Assembly: GCA_949450265.1 (NCBI GenBank)
Contig: CASTMW010000001.1
Coordinates: 1 to 45,376, forward strand
Origin: an uncultured Eggerthellaceae bacterium
GTDB lineage: Bacteria > Actinomycetota > Coriobacteriia > Coriobacteriales > Eggerthellaceae
Direction of reading: 5' to 3'
Length of the DNA stretch: 45,376 nucleotides
Shown here: positions 31,996 to 40,398 of the stretch, in pieces
Position numbering within the stretch: the stretch's first letter is position 1
Layout: each line of letters starts with the position of its first letter
Made by a program: the position numbers and the translations under genes
Notes under the pieces: generated by a model
What the model was told of the DNA's origin: nothing
Database searches by the model: none
The model's input: the letters and a program-made list of their open reading frames with translations, nothing else

Positions 31996-33108
31996 ATGGA
32001 TGCACAGACTGACGAACGGAAGCGTGCCACGCGGAAGGCGCAGGCCTATCTGAATGGTGAAGCCGGTGCGGCGCTGCGCGAAGCGCTCGGTATCGGCGCG
32101 GAGGTGCCCTTGGAGCCGCATCTGCTGGGCATGGGCGAGCACAACCTGAACTTCTGGTTCTGCGCGCCGGGCGCTTTGCGGTACGTGCTGCGCATCAACG
32201 TGGCCAGTCAGCCGTTCCACAAGAACCAGATCCGCTATGAATACGGGGCGCTTAAAGCAGCGCAACCGAGCGGGTGCACGCCGCGCCCGCTGTTCATCGA
32301 CGATACGCCTGCCGCGTTGGGCAAGGGCGTGCTGGTGGAGACGTTCTGCGACGGCCAGCAGTTGGATTTCGACCATCTGCGCGCTGGGGACGTGCGCTGC
32401 GCCATCCAGATGATGGCCGATGTGCATGCGGTGGAGCTGCCCGCGCGCACCACGCTGTTCCACCCGGCAGACCCGCTGCGCGAGATGTTCGACGAATGCG
32501 TGCAGCGCTTCGCTGACTACCGCGCATCGGGGTTCGAGGACGCGCGCATCACACGTTGGACCGAGCGGTTCATGTCGGCTGTCCAGCGCATGCTCGATGA
32601 GGTGGCGCCTCCGCAGGATACCTCCCATATTATCAACACCGAAACGCTGCCCTCGCATTTCCTGATCCCCGCGGATGCCGCTGCGCGCGCTGCGGCCGCA
32701 CCGCTGCTGGGAACGGGGCGCTTCTGCGATGCGCCGGGATCCTTCGTGGACTGGGAGCGTCCGGTGGTGGGGGAAGTGGCCCAGGATGTCGCCTATTTCG
32801 TATCGCCCACCACCACGTTCTGGGACAGTCAGTTCCTGTTTCCGGCACGCGATGTGCCGAGCGTGATCGACGATTACTGGCGGGCGGTGGATGGCCGTTT
32901 CGCGCGTTGCGACTTCGATGCGCGCTTCCGTGCGTGGCGCATGATGACGGCGCTGAAATCCACCACCTGGTGTGTGCAGGCCATCCCGCGCTACACGCAG
33001 GACACTGGCGTGCACACCACCGAGAAGACCGCCGACAAGCTGCCCGACTATCTGTCGGATGAGTTCATGGAGCTGATCGCGAAGGAATGCTTCTATCTGG
33101 AGGGCTGA
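31996..33108 (+). CDS. APH/choline-kinase-fold phosphotransferase with atypical catalytic loop
   Basis: LGMGEHNLN P-loop, VLRIN, YEYGAL, PRPLF, FVDWE, QDVAYF; INTETLPSHF replaces HGD..N. Confidence 0.75.
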   Translation: MDAQTDERKRATRKAQAYLNGEAGAALREALGIGAEVPLEPHLLGMGEHNLNFWFCAPGALRYVLRINVASQPFHKNQIRYEYGALKAAQPSGCTPRPLFIDDTPAALGKGVLVETFCDGQQLDFDHLRAGDVRCAIQMMADVHAVELPARTTLFHPADPLREMFDECVQRFADYRASGFEDARITRWTERFMSAVQRMLDEVAPPQDTSHIINTETLPSHFLIPADAAARAAAAPLLGTGRFCDAPGSFVDWERPVVGEVAQDVAYFVSPTTTFWDSQFLFPARDVPSVIDDYWRAVDGRFARCDFDARFRAWRMMTALKSTTWCVQAIPRYTQDTGVHTTEKTADKLPDYLSDEFMELIAKECFYLEG

Positions 33109-33226
33109 TCGGGTCGATGGAGCCGAGGTTACGTCGAGCGATTGAGAGATCCGCCTTTCAGCGTTCTTTGCTGAAAGGCTAGCTCGATTGAGCGAGACCT
33201 CGAGGCACAATCGACCCGATCAGCCC
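33102..33226. repeat. 125-bp element with 17-bp perfect terminal inverted repeats and an internal hairpin (MITE-like or bidirectional terminator)
   Basis: GGGCTGATCGGGTCGAT...ATCGACCCGATCAGCCC; central GCCTTTCAGC/GCTGAAAGGC. Confidence 0.7.
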
Positions 33227-34000
33227 CTATGGAATCGTTATCGTGCAGGCTTCGCGGATGCGCGTTTGCTCTGCGGTATCGATGCCCAGCTGTGATCGGA
33301 TGAAGCGTTCCATGTTCCCGCAGCGCTCATCCACGGCAGCGTAGAACGCATCCAAGCTCTCGGGCCGCGCGCGATGCGAGAGCACAAGTTCGTGCGCGCG
33401 TTGCTCATCGCCATCGGCAAGCCGTAGGAAGCGCTCGAACAGACGGTCGTAGTGCTTGTCCCGCGATTCGTTGGTCAGCAGATAATCGGCTAGGATATTC
33501 TCGCGAGATGCACCTAGCACGCTCAGGATGCCTGCGCGGTCCTTCCCGCCGCTGCAATGCCATAGGATGGCGTGTCCCTTGCAGGCGTATGCGAAGATAT
33601 GACCGACCGCCGCGCGCATCTGCCGCACTGTCAGCGGATTCACCAGCGACCGGTAAAATCGCGGCGGATCGCATGCTACATCGCGCCCGACCACCTTCGT
33701 TCCTGCGCCGGGTTCGGTGTACTCGATGCCCACCTTCTCCAGGTCGTAGAAGGGGATGTGCTGGTGGTCCACGCCTGCCACGGCGATCGGCGGATGGGCG
33801 TCGCGCTCCCACCCGCAGCGCAGGTCCACGACGCAGCGGATGCGCCGCTCTTCGAAGAGCGAGCGGTGGTCGGCTTCGGTGATGGTGCCAAGATGGGCAC
33901 CGCGAAAGAGCAGCCCGGGCATCACGGCACGCCTGCCCGCAACGGGAATGCCGCCCAGATCGCGCACGTTATCGACGCCTTGCAACGCTACGGTCCTCAT
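33227..34000 (-). CDS. Tyrosine/lipid phosphatase (Y_phosphatase3, PtpB-like)
   Basis: NVRDLGG, LFRGAHL, VVDLR, WHCSGGKDRAG, ADYLLTN; GAAGGA RBS and TATAAT at 34037-34032. Confidence 0.85.
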   Translation of the reverse strand: MRTVALQGVDNVRDLGGIPVAGRRAVMPGLLFRGAHLGTITEADHRSLFEERRIRCVVDLRCGWERDAHPPIAVAGVDHQHIPFYDLEKVGIEYTEPGAGTKVVGRDVACDPPRFYRSLVNPLTVRQMRAAVGHIFAYACKGHAILWHCSGGKDRAGILSVLGASRENILADYLLTNESRDKHYDRLFERFLRLADGDEQRAHELVLSHRARPESLDAFYAAVDERCGNMERFIRSQLGIDTAEQTRIREACTITIP

Positions 34001-34196
34001 ATCATCCTTCGAACAACCATCGTATGGGTGGATTATACGTCCACTAGCGCGCGTGACCACCGGTGCGATGGACAATCTGCGCAGATGTGCAACGCGCGCG
34101 CGAATACTCCTTGATTGTGGCAAAATATGAAAGTTAGCGCCCGACGGGTGCTTTCGACACGTGAGATACCAACGTGAGACAACAGGAGAATCGGGC

Positions 34197-37064
34197 ATGG
34201 CCTTAGAGCGCAACGTCAAGAAGAAGAGAACGAACAACACTAACAGGCGCAATGTCTGGCTGATGATACTCACCACATTGTTGGTGGTCGTTTCGGTGGT
34301 GCTGTTCATGCCGCCGAACGAGAAGATCAACCAAGGTCTCGACATCCGTGGCGGCCTGAGCGTGGTGCTGACGGCCAAGACCGACGACGGCAGCGCCATC
34401 ACCGCCGAGGACATGGAGACCAGCCGTGCCATCATCGAGAACCGCGTGAACGCTCTGGGCGCCAGTGAAGCCACGGTGCAGGTGCAGGGCACCGACCAGG
34501 TGCTCGTTCAGATCCCTGGCCTGGAGGATACGCAAACGGCGCTGTCCACCATCGGGCGCACCGGTCAGCTGGTGTTCACGCGCCTGGACAGCATCACTGA
34601 TACAAAGGTGGCCGAGGACATCCAGAGCGGCAACTATGGCCAGTATGCCACCGTGGAGGATGACTACGGCAACAGCTTCCGCGCTGAGAATCCGGTGCCG
34701 CTGGAAATCAGCCCCGATAGCTATACGCCCCTGATCACGGGCGACCAGATCACGAACGTGAGCGTTGACCGTGCGAGCGAAACGAGCGCCTACTACGCCG
34801 TGAATATCACGCTGAACAGCGAAGGCACCACGGCGTTCGCTGAGGCCACCGCTGAGCTGGCATCCACCAACGGTCAGATCGTCATCATCTTGGACGACGA
34901 GGTGCAAAGCGCGCCTGCCGTGCAAGCCGAGATCCCCAACGGCAACGTGTCCATCACCGGCAACTATGACCTTGATGAGGCGCACAGTCTGCAAACGGTG
35001 CTCGAGAGCGGCAGTCTGCCGGTCAGCTTCGAATATGCGCAAAGCCAGGTGGTCGGCCCGACGCTCGGTCAGGACGCCCTGGCCGCTGGTCTTATCGTGG
35101 TGCTCGTGGGCCTGGCGTTGGTCATGCTGTATCTGCTGTGCTTCTACAAGGGCCTGGGCCTGGTGAATGCAGGCGCCATGCTGGTGTTCGCCGTGCTGTA
35201 TCTGGGCATCTTGGCTGGGCTTTCGGCGTTCGGCTTGTTCAGCTTGTCGCTCGCGGGTTTGGCGGGCATGGTGCTCACCATCGGCATGGCCGCTGACAGC
35301 TCCATTCTCACGGTGGAGCGCTTCCGCGAAGAGATTCGCATGGGCCGTAGCATACGTGCGGCATCCATCACCGGTGTGAAGCATGCCATCATGACCTCCA
35401 TCGACGCCGACCTGGTGTCCATGGTATCGGCGCTCTCACTATTCTTCCTGGCCAGCGCATCGGTGAAGGGCTTCGGCCTGACGCTGGCGCTCGGCATCAT
35501 CTGCGACATCGTCATGATGCTGGTGTTCAAGGCGCCGCTCATCCGCTTGCTGGCGCCGAAGGCCATCGCGAAGCATCCCGGGTTCTGGGGTGTCCGCGAC
35601 AGCTTGGAGGCTGCGAAGGATTACGAGGCCATCGCAGCCGCCGAAGGCGTGGACGTGGCTGAGGCTGAAACGGCCGAGCAGATGGATGCGACCGAAGCCG
35701 ATCGCTTGGCGCTCGAACGCGGTGGCGCTGAGGCCGAATCGAAGGTGGTCAACGCGGCCAAGAAGATCAAGGGCCGTTTCATTAAGCACGACATCAACTT
35801 CCTGGGGCATCGCAAGGTGTTCCTCAGCATCGCGGCGGTGGCTGTGGTGGCCTGCTTGGCCATCATGGGCATCCGCGGTTTCAACTTCGGCATCGAATTC
35901 GTGGGCGGCTCGTCCATCACCTACACCAATACGGGCGACCTGCAGACCGAAGAGCTGCGCCAGGCCTTCGATGAGGCGGGTGAGCCCGATGCGGTCATCC
36001 AGACCACGTCCACCAATGGGGTGGATGGCTTCCTGGTGCGCATCACCACCACCGACGCCGAGGCTGCTGCCGCCACGGGCGCGCAGGTGGCGGAGCAGGT
36101 GGGCGTTGCTGCCAGCGATGTCAGCGTGGACACCATCGGTCCTGACTGGGGCGCCAGTGTCATCCAGTCGTCGCTCATCGCGGTCATCGTGTCCATGCTG
36201 CTCATCATCGTCTACATCGCCATCCGCTTCGAATACAAGATGGGCATCATCGCTGTGGTGGCGCTGCTGCACGACCTGATTCTGGTGCTAGGCATCTACG
36301 CGCTGGTGGGTCGCGAACTGAACCCGAACGCCATCGCCGCACTGCTCACCATCCTGGGTTATTCGCTCTATGACACGGTGGTCGTGTTCCACCGCGTCAG
36401 CGACAACATGAAGGGCGAAGCTATCCGCTGCACCTTCATGACCATGGCCAACCATTCCATCAACCAGGTGCTTGTGCGCACCATCAACACCACGTTGACC
36501 AGCTTCGTGCCGGTGTTTGCCATGTTGTTGTTCGGTGGTGAGACGCTGAAGGACTTCGCGTTCGCCATGTCCATCGGCCTGCTGGCGGGTTCGTACTCGT
36601 CGTTCGCCGTGGCCATGCCGCTCTATAGCATGTGGAAGACGCGCGAGGCGAAGTTCGCGAAGCTGGAGAAGAAGTACGGCTCGAAGGTGGGACTGTTCCA
36701 GTTCGACAGCGCGCATTCGCCCGAGATCGAGCAGGTGCCGCTCGCGCGCCTGGAGACTGCGGCCAAAGCGCAGAAGCAGGCTGAGAAGCAGCAGACGAAA
36801 GTCGCCGATACGCTGATGGAAGAGGCTGCTGGTCCTGCCGAAGCCGAGCTGAGCGAGGCTATCACGCAGGCCAGCCAGACGGCCGAGAGCCCGTCCAAGC
36901 TGCAGAGCAAGGGCAGCCAGCCGCGCCGCGGCAAGCGTCCGGACAAGCCCAAAGCCAAGAAGAGTGGCGCACAGGCCGCCGCGAAGGATGACGAGCCGAT
37001 GATCCAGAGCAACACTGGCATCCAGGGCATCCGCTTCGTCGATCCTGAAGGCAAGGACGACTAG
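34197..37064 (+). CDS. secDF: Fused protein translocase subunit SecDF
   Basis: GLDIRGG, IENRVNALG, VGPTLG, IGMAADS (SecD); GIEFVGG, GYSLYDTVVVFHR, RTINT (SecF); AGGAG RBS. Confidence 0.95.
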   Translation: MALERNVKKKRTNNTNRRNVWLMILTTLLVVVSVVLFMPPNEKINQGLDIRGGLSVVLTAKTDDGSAITAEDMETSRAIIENRVNALGASEATVQVQGTDQVLVQIPGLEDTQTALSTIGRTGQLVFTRLDSITDTKVAEDIQSGNYGQYATVEDDYGNSFRAENPVPLEISPDSYTPLITGDQITNVSVDRASETSAYYAVNITLNSEGTTAFAEATAELASTNGQIVIILDDEVQSAPAVQAEIPNGNVSITGNYDLDEAHSLQTVLESGSLPVSFEYAQSQVVGPTLGQDALAAGLIVVLVGLALVMLYLLCFYKGLGLVNAGAMLVFAVLYLGILAGLSAFGLFSLSLAGLAGMVLTIGMAADSSILTVERFREEIRMGRSIRAASITGVKHAIMTSIDADLVSMVSALSLFFLASASVKGFGLTLALGIICDIVMMLVFKAPLIRLLAPKAIAKHPGFWGVRDSLEAAKDYEAIAAAEGVDVAEAETAEQMDATEADRLALERGGAEAESKVVNAAKKIKGRFIKHDINFLGHRKVFLSIAAVAVVACLAIMGIRGFNFGIEFVGGSSITYTNTGDLQTEELRQAFDEAGEPDAVIQTTSTNGVDGFLVRITTTDAEAAAATGAQVAEQVGVAASDVSVDTIGPDWGASVIQSSLIAVIVSMLLIIVYIAIRFEYKMGIIAVVALLHDLILVLGIYALVGRELNPNAIAALLTILGYSLYDTVVVFHRVSDNMKGEAIRCTFMTMANHSINQVLVRTINTTLTSFVPVFAMLLFGGETLKDFAFAMSIGLLAGSYSSFAVAMPLYSMWKTREAKFAKLEKKYGSKVGLFQFDSAHSPEIEQVPLARLETAAKAQKQAEKQQTKVADTLMEEAAGPAEAELSEAITQASQTAESPSKLQSKGSQPRRGKRPDKPKAKKSGAQAAAKDDEPMIQSNTGIQGIRFVDPEGKDD

Positions 37065-37396
37065 TGGCCGATCAGATACGCGAGGGGAGCGCTCCGAACT
37101 TCTGCCCGCCGGTGGAAGAGGGGCTCTCCTTCACCTTCCAGGACCAGAACGGCGATGTGGTGCAGCTTGAGTTCTTAGGGCTGTTGCTGCATGGGGATGC
37201 GCGCTACGGATTCTTCTTCCAGGTCGATGATGATGCGCCTGCGCTCTCGTCCGGTGAGGTCGTGGTGCTGGAAGTGACCGAGCTGGATGCCGAAGGGCAG
37301 CCGGATGCGTTCGAGTTCATCGAGGACGAGGTTGTGGTGCGCGAGGCCTATGCGGCGTTCAAGCAGGCAACGCGCGACCTGTATCGATTCGAATAG
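37064..37396 (+). CDS. DUF1292-like acidic protein
   Basis: FQDQNGDVVQLEFL...Y...EFIEDE...AF pattern; GTG overlaps the secDF stop. Confidence 0.65.
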   Translation: MADQIREGSAPNFCPPVEEGLSFTFQDQNGDVVQLEFLGLLLHGDARYGFFFQVDDDAPALSSGEVVVLEVTELDAEGQPDAFEFIEDEVVVREAYAAFKQATRDLYRFE

Positions 37397-38888
37397 TGCG
37401 TGTGGCCAGATCGGCCACATCTTCCAGATCGTGTGACACCATGATGATGGTCTGACCGCCCTCGTGCAACGTGCGCAGCAGATCGCGCATGGCGGCGTGC
37501 GCAGTTGGGTCTAGGCCAGCGCACGGCTCGTCCAGCACCAGCACGTCGGGACGCATGGCCAGCACGCCCGCGATGGCGGCACGGCGCTGCTGACCGCCGG
37601 AGAGCTGGAACGGATTGCGGGCAGCCAATTCGTCATAGGCCAGCCCGACTTGCTCCATGGCCACCTTCACGCGCTCTTCCACCTCATCGGTGCCAAGCCC
37701 TTGGTTGCGCGGTCCGAACGCGATATCGTCATAGACCGTTTGCGCGAACAGCTGCTGCTCGGGGTATTGGAACACCACGCCGATGCGGAAGCGCGCCTCG
37801 TTGGCGGCGAAGCGGTCGGCCAGGTCGTTCCAATAGGAGAGCACGCGGCCTTGTGTGGGATGCAGCAGCCCGTTCATGTGCTGGATCAGCGTGGACTTGC
37901 CGCTGCCCGTGCTGCCGATCACACCGATGAACTCACCCAGTTGGATGGTCAGCGAGACATCCTTGAGCGCGGTGATGGCCGCATCGGTGCCTTGGTCGTA
38001 GATGTAGGTCACGTCATCGAAGCGCAGGACGGGCATCAGGGCGTGCCCGCGTGTGGGGTCCACGGTCTGGGCGTTCAGGATGTCTTCGGCGGTGGGCTTC
38101 GGCACGGGCCGTGCATGGCGACCGCGCGGCGGCGTGGGGTCGTCCTCCGGTTCGCGCGTGGGGTCCTTCGCGGCGATGCGCGTCAGGTCTTCGGAGAGGC
38201 CCAGCTCGGCATCGATCGGATTGCCAGAGAACGCGATCCTGCCGCTTTCCAGGCGCACCACGCGATCGGCCAGCGCTGCCTCGCGCGGAGAATGCGTGGC
38301 CATGACCACGGTCATGCCGCCATCGGCCAGCTGACGGACCAGCCGCATGAAGTCATAGCGGCTCTCGGGATCCAGCATGCTGGTGGGCTCGTCCAGCAGC
38401 AGCACGCGCGGTCGCATGGCCAGCGCGCCTGCTAGGGCCAAGCGTTGCTTCTGGCCACCGGATAGCGAATTGGTCTGGCGATCCTCGAAGCCCGCAAGGC
38501 CCGTTGCGCTCAGCGCCCAGCTCACGCGCTCTGCTATCTGCTCTGCGGGCAATCCCAGGTTCTCAGGGCCGAACGCCACCTCATTGCGCACGATGGAGGC
38601 GACCAGTTGATCGTCGGGATTCTGGAAGACGAAGCCGCATTGCTGCCGTGCTTTGAAGCCGTCCTCTTCAGTGGTGAGTGCATCGAAGACGCGCACGGTG
38701 CCTTCATCGGGATGCAAGAGTCCGCAGGCTAAGAGCAGCAGGGTGCTCTTGCCGCTGCCGTTGCTGCCGGTCAGGGCCACCATCTGGCCGGCGCGCACCT
38801 GCAAGCTGACCTCTTCCAGCACGGGGTGTCCGTCGTAGCGGAAGGTCACTCCTTCGAAATGTATGGCAGCAGTTCCTGGCAATCGCAT
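37359..38888 (-). CDS. Fused dual ECF transporter ATPase (EcfA-EcfA')
   Basis: Two ABC domains: GSNGSGKS...FQNPDDQ...AFGPENLG...LSGGQKQR and GSTGSGKS...FQYPEQQLF...LSGGQQRR. Confidence 0.9.
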   Translation of the reverse strand: MRLPGTAAIHFEGVTFRYDGHPVLEEVSLQVRAGQMVALTGSNGSGKSTLLLLACGLLHPDEGTVRVFDALTTEEDGFKARQQCGFVFQNPDDQLVASIVRNEVAFGPENLGLPAEQIAERVSWALSATGLAGFEDRQTNSLSGGQKQRLALAGALAMRPRVLLLDEPTSMLDPESRYDFMRLVRQLADGGMTVVMATHSPREAALADRVVRLESGRIAFSGNPIDAELGLSEDLTRIAAKDPTREPEDDPTPPRGRHARPVPKPTAEDILNAQTVDPTRGHALMPVLRFDDVTYIYDQGTDAAITALKDVSLTIQLGEFIGVIGSTGSGKSTLIQHMNGLLHPTQGRVLSYWNDLADRFAANEARFRIGVVFQYPEQQLFAQTVYDDIAFGPRNQGLGTDEVEERVKVAMEQVGLAYDELAARNPFQLSGGQQRRAAIAGVLAMRPDVLVLDEPCAGLDPTAHAAMRDLLRTLHEGGQTIIMVSHDLEDVADLATRTIRIDTGRALPA

Positions 38889-39000
38889 TGTCCGTTCTTT
38901 CGACCTTGCGTGAATCTTATACCAATCCAGCACCATCCTGATGCGCGATCTCTTCGGTCGCTCAAGCGAGCTGCTCGGTCGGGGCTCTATAATGGTTCCC

Positions 39001-40398
39001 ATGGAATGGGATGTGGCGATAATCGGTGGAGGTGCGGCAGGCCTTGCTGCGGCGGTAACGGCGGCCGAGGCGGGTGCGCGCGTCTGCGTGCTGGAGGCCA
39101 GCGATCGGGTGGGCCGATCCATCTTGGCCAGCGGAAATGGCCGCTGCAACTTCAGCAATGCGCATATCTGCGCCGATGCCTATCACAACGCTGCGTTCGT
39201 CGCCGAGGCACTGGCTGCCTTCGAGCAGGCATCGGGTGTGGGTGATGAGGTGAGCAGCAGGCGCGGCGCTGCGTACGATAGCAAGGGCAGTGAATGCGAT
39301 GAGGCGAGCGATGGCAAGGGTAGCAGCGGCATCGCGCTTCCTGGTCTGTGCCAAGAGCAGGCGATGCGCGGGTGCCCCAATGGGGTCGTGGCGTTCTTCC
39401 AGCGTCATGGGCTGGCGTGGCGCGAAGAGTCGGAAGGGCGGCTCTATCCGCTGGCAAACAAGGCCAGCGCCGTGTTGGAGGTGCTGCGAGCCGCTCTGGA
39501 TGCACACTCGGTCGAGGTGCGCTGCAACGCGCGCGTGAACCATGTTGAAGCGCCGCAGGCACCAGGCGCCCCTTTCGTGGTGCAGAGGCAGGACGACCGA
39601 TCGCTGCGTGCGCGCACAGTGGTGGTGGCGGTGGGAGGCACGGCGTGTGCGAGCATGCTAGCGGATCTTTTTCCGTTCGCGCCGCTCCGTCCGATGCTCG
39701 GCTCTATCGCCACTGAGACACGTCCCATCCGGCGCTTGGACAACATTCGCGCGAAGGGCACCATCAGCTTGCTGCGCGATGGGCGGACGCTCGCGTGCGA
39801 GCGGGGCGAGATCATGTTCCGCTCGTATGGCGTCTCGGGCATCGCAGCATTCAACCTGTCGCGCCTCATGCAGGCGGGCGATACCCTGCTCATCGACTTC
39901 TTGGGGCAGCTCCAACCAGACGCTGAGGATGCGCGTGTGCTCATGAGGCAACGCGCGCACGATCTTCGTTCGATATACGGGAAGGGGCTCACGTGTGCGG
40001 ATGCGCTCCGTGGCCTTGTGCTGCCTGCGGTGGCGCGAGCGGTGGCCGATCAGGCAGGTATGCGCTTGGATGCGCTGGCAGACGACGCCGCGCTCGGGGT
40101 GCTGGCGGCAACGCTGAGCAGCTTTCAGCTAGAGGTGCGTGGCATCGGCGACGAGCGCACCTGTCAGGTGCATCGTGGCGGCTTCGCGGTGCGCGCCTTT
40201 ACGCCTGCAACGCTGGAAGCGAAGGACGTGCTCGGGCTGCATGTGGTGGGTGAAGCGCTGGATGTGGATGCTCCGTGCGGGGGATACAACCTGCATTGGG
40301 CCTTCGCAACGGGCATCTTGGCTGGGCGCGCAGCAGCAGCTCGCGTGTATGGCGATGGGCAAGACGGTCGGCCGCATCGCGTAAAGGACGCGCGATGA
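39001..40398 (+). CDS. HI0933/YhiN/BaiN-family flavoprotein
   Basis: IIGGGAAG, GRSILASGNGRCNFSN, GRLYP, YGVSG, GEALDVDAPCGGYNLHWAFATG; TATAAT ends 7 nt before ATG. Confidence 0.9.
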   Translation: MEWDVAIIGGGAAGLAAAVTAAEAGARVCVLEASDRVGRSILASGNGRCNFSNAHICADAYHNAAFVAEALAAFEQASGVGDEVSSRRGAAYDSKGSECDEASDGKGSSGIALPGLCQEQAMRGCPNGVVAFFQRHGLAWREESEGRLYPLANKASAVLEVLRAALDAHSVEVRCNARVNHVEAPQAPGAPFVVQRQDDRSLRARTVVVAVGGTACASMLADLFPFAPLRPMLGSIATETRPIRRLDNIRAKGTISLLRDGRTLACERGEIMFRSYGVSGIAAFNLSRLMQAGDTLLIDFLGQLQPDAEDARVLMRQRAHDLRSIYGKGLTCADALRGLVLPAVARAVADQAGMRLDALADDAALGVLAATLSSFQLEVRGIGDERTCQVHRGGFAVRAFTPATLEAKDVLGLHVVGEALDVDAPCGGYNLHWAFATGILAGRAAAARVYGDGQDGRPHRVKDAR

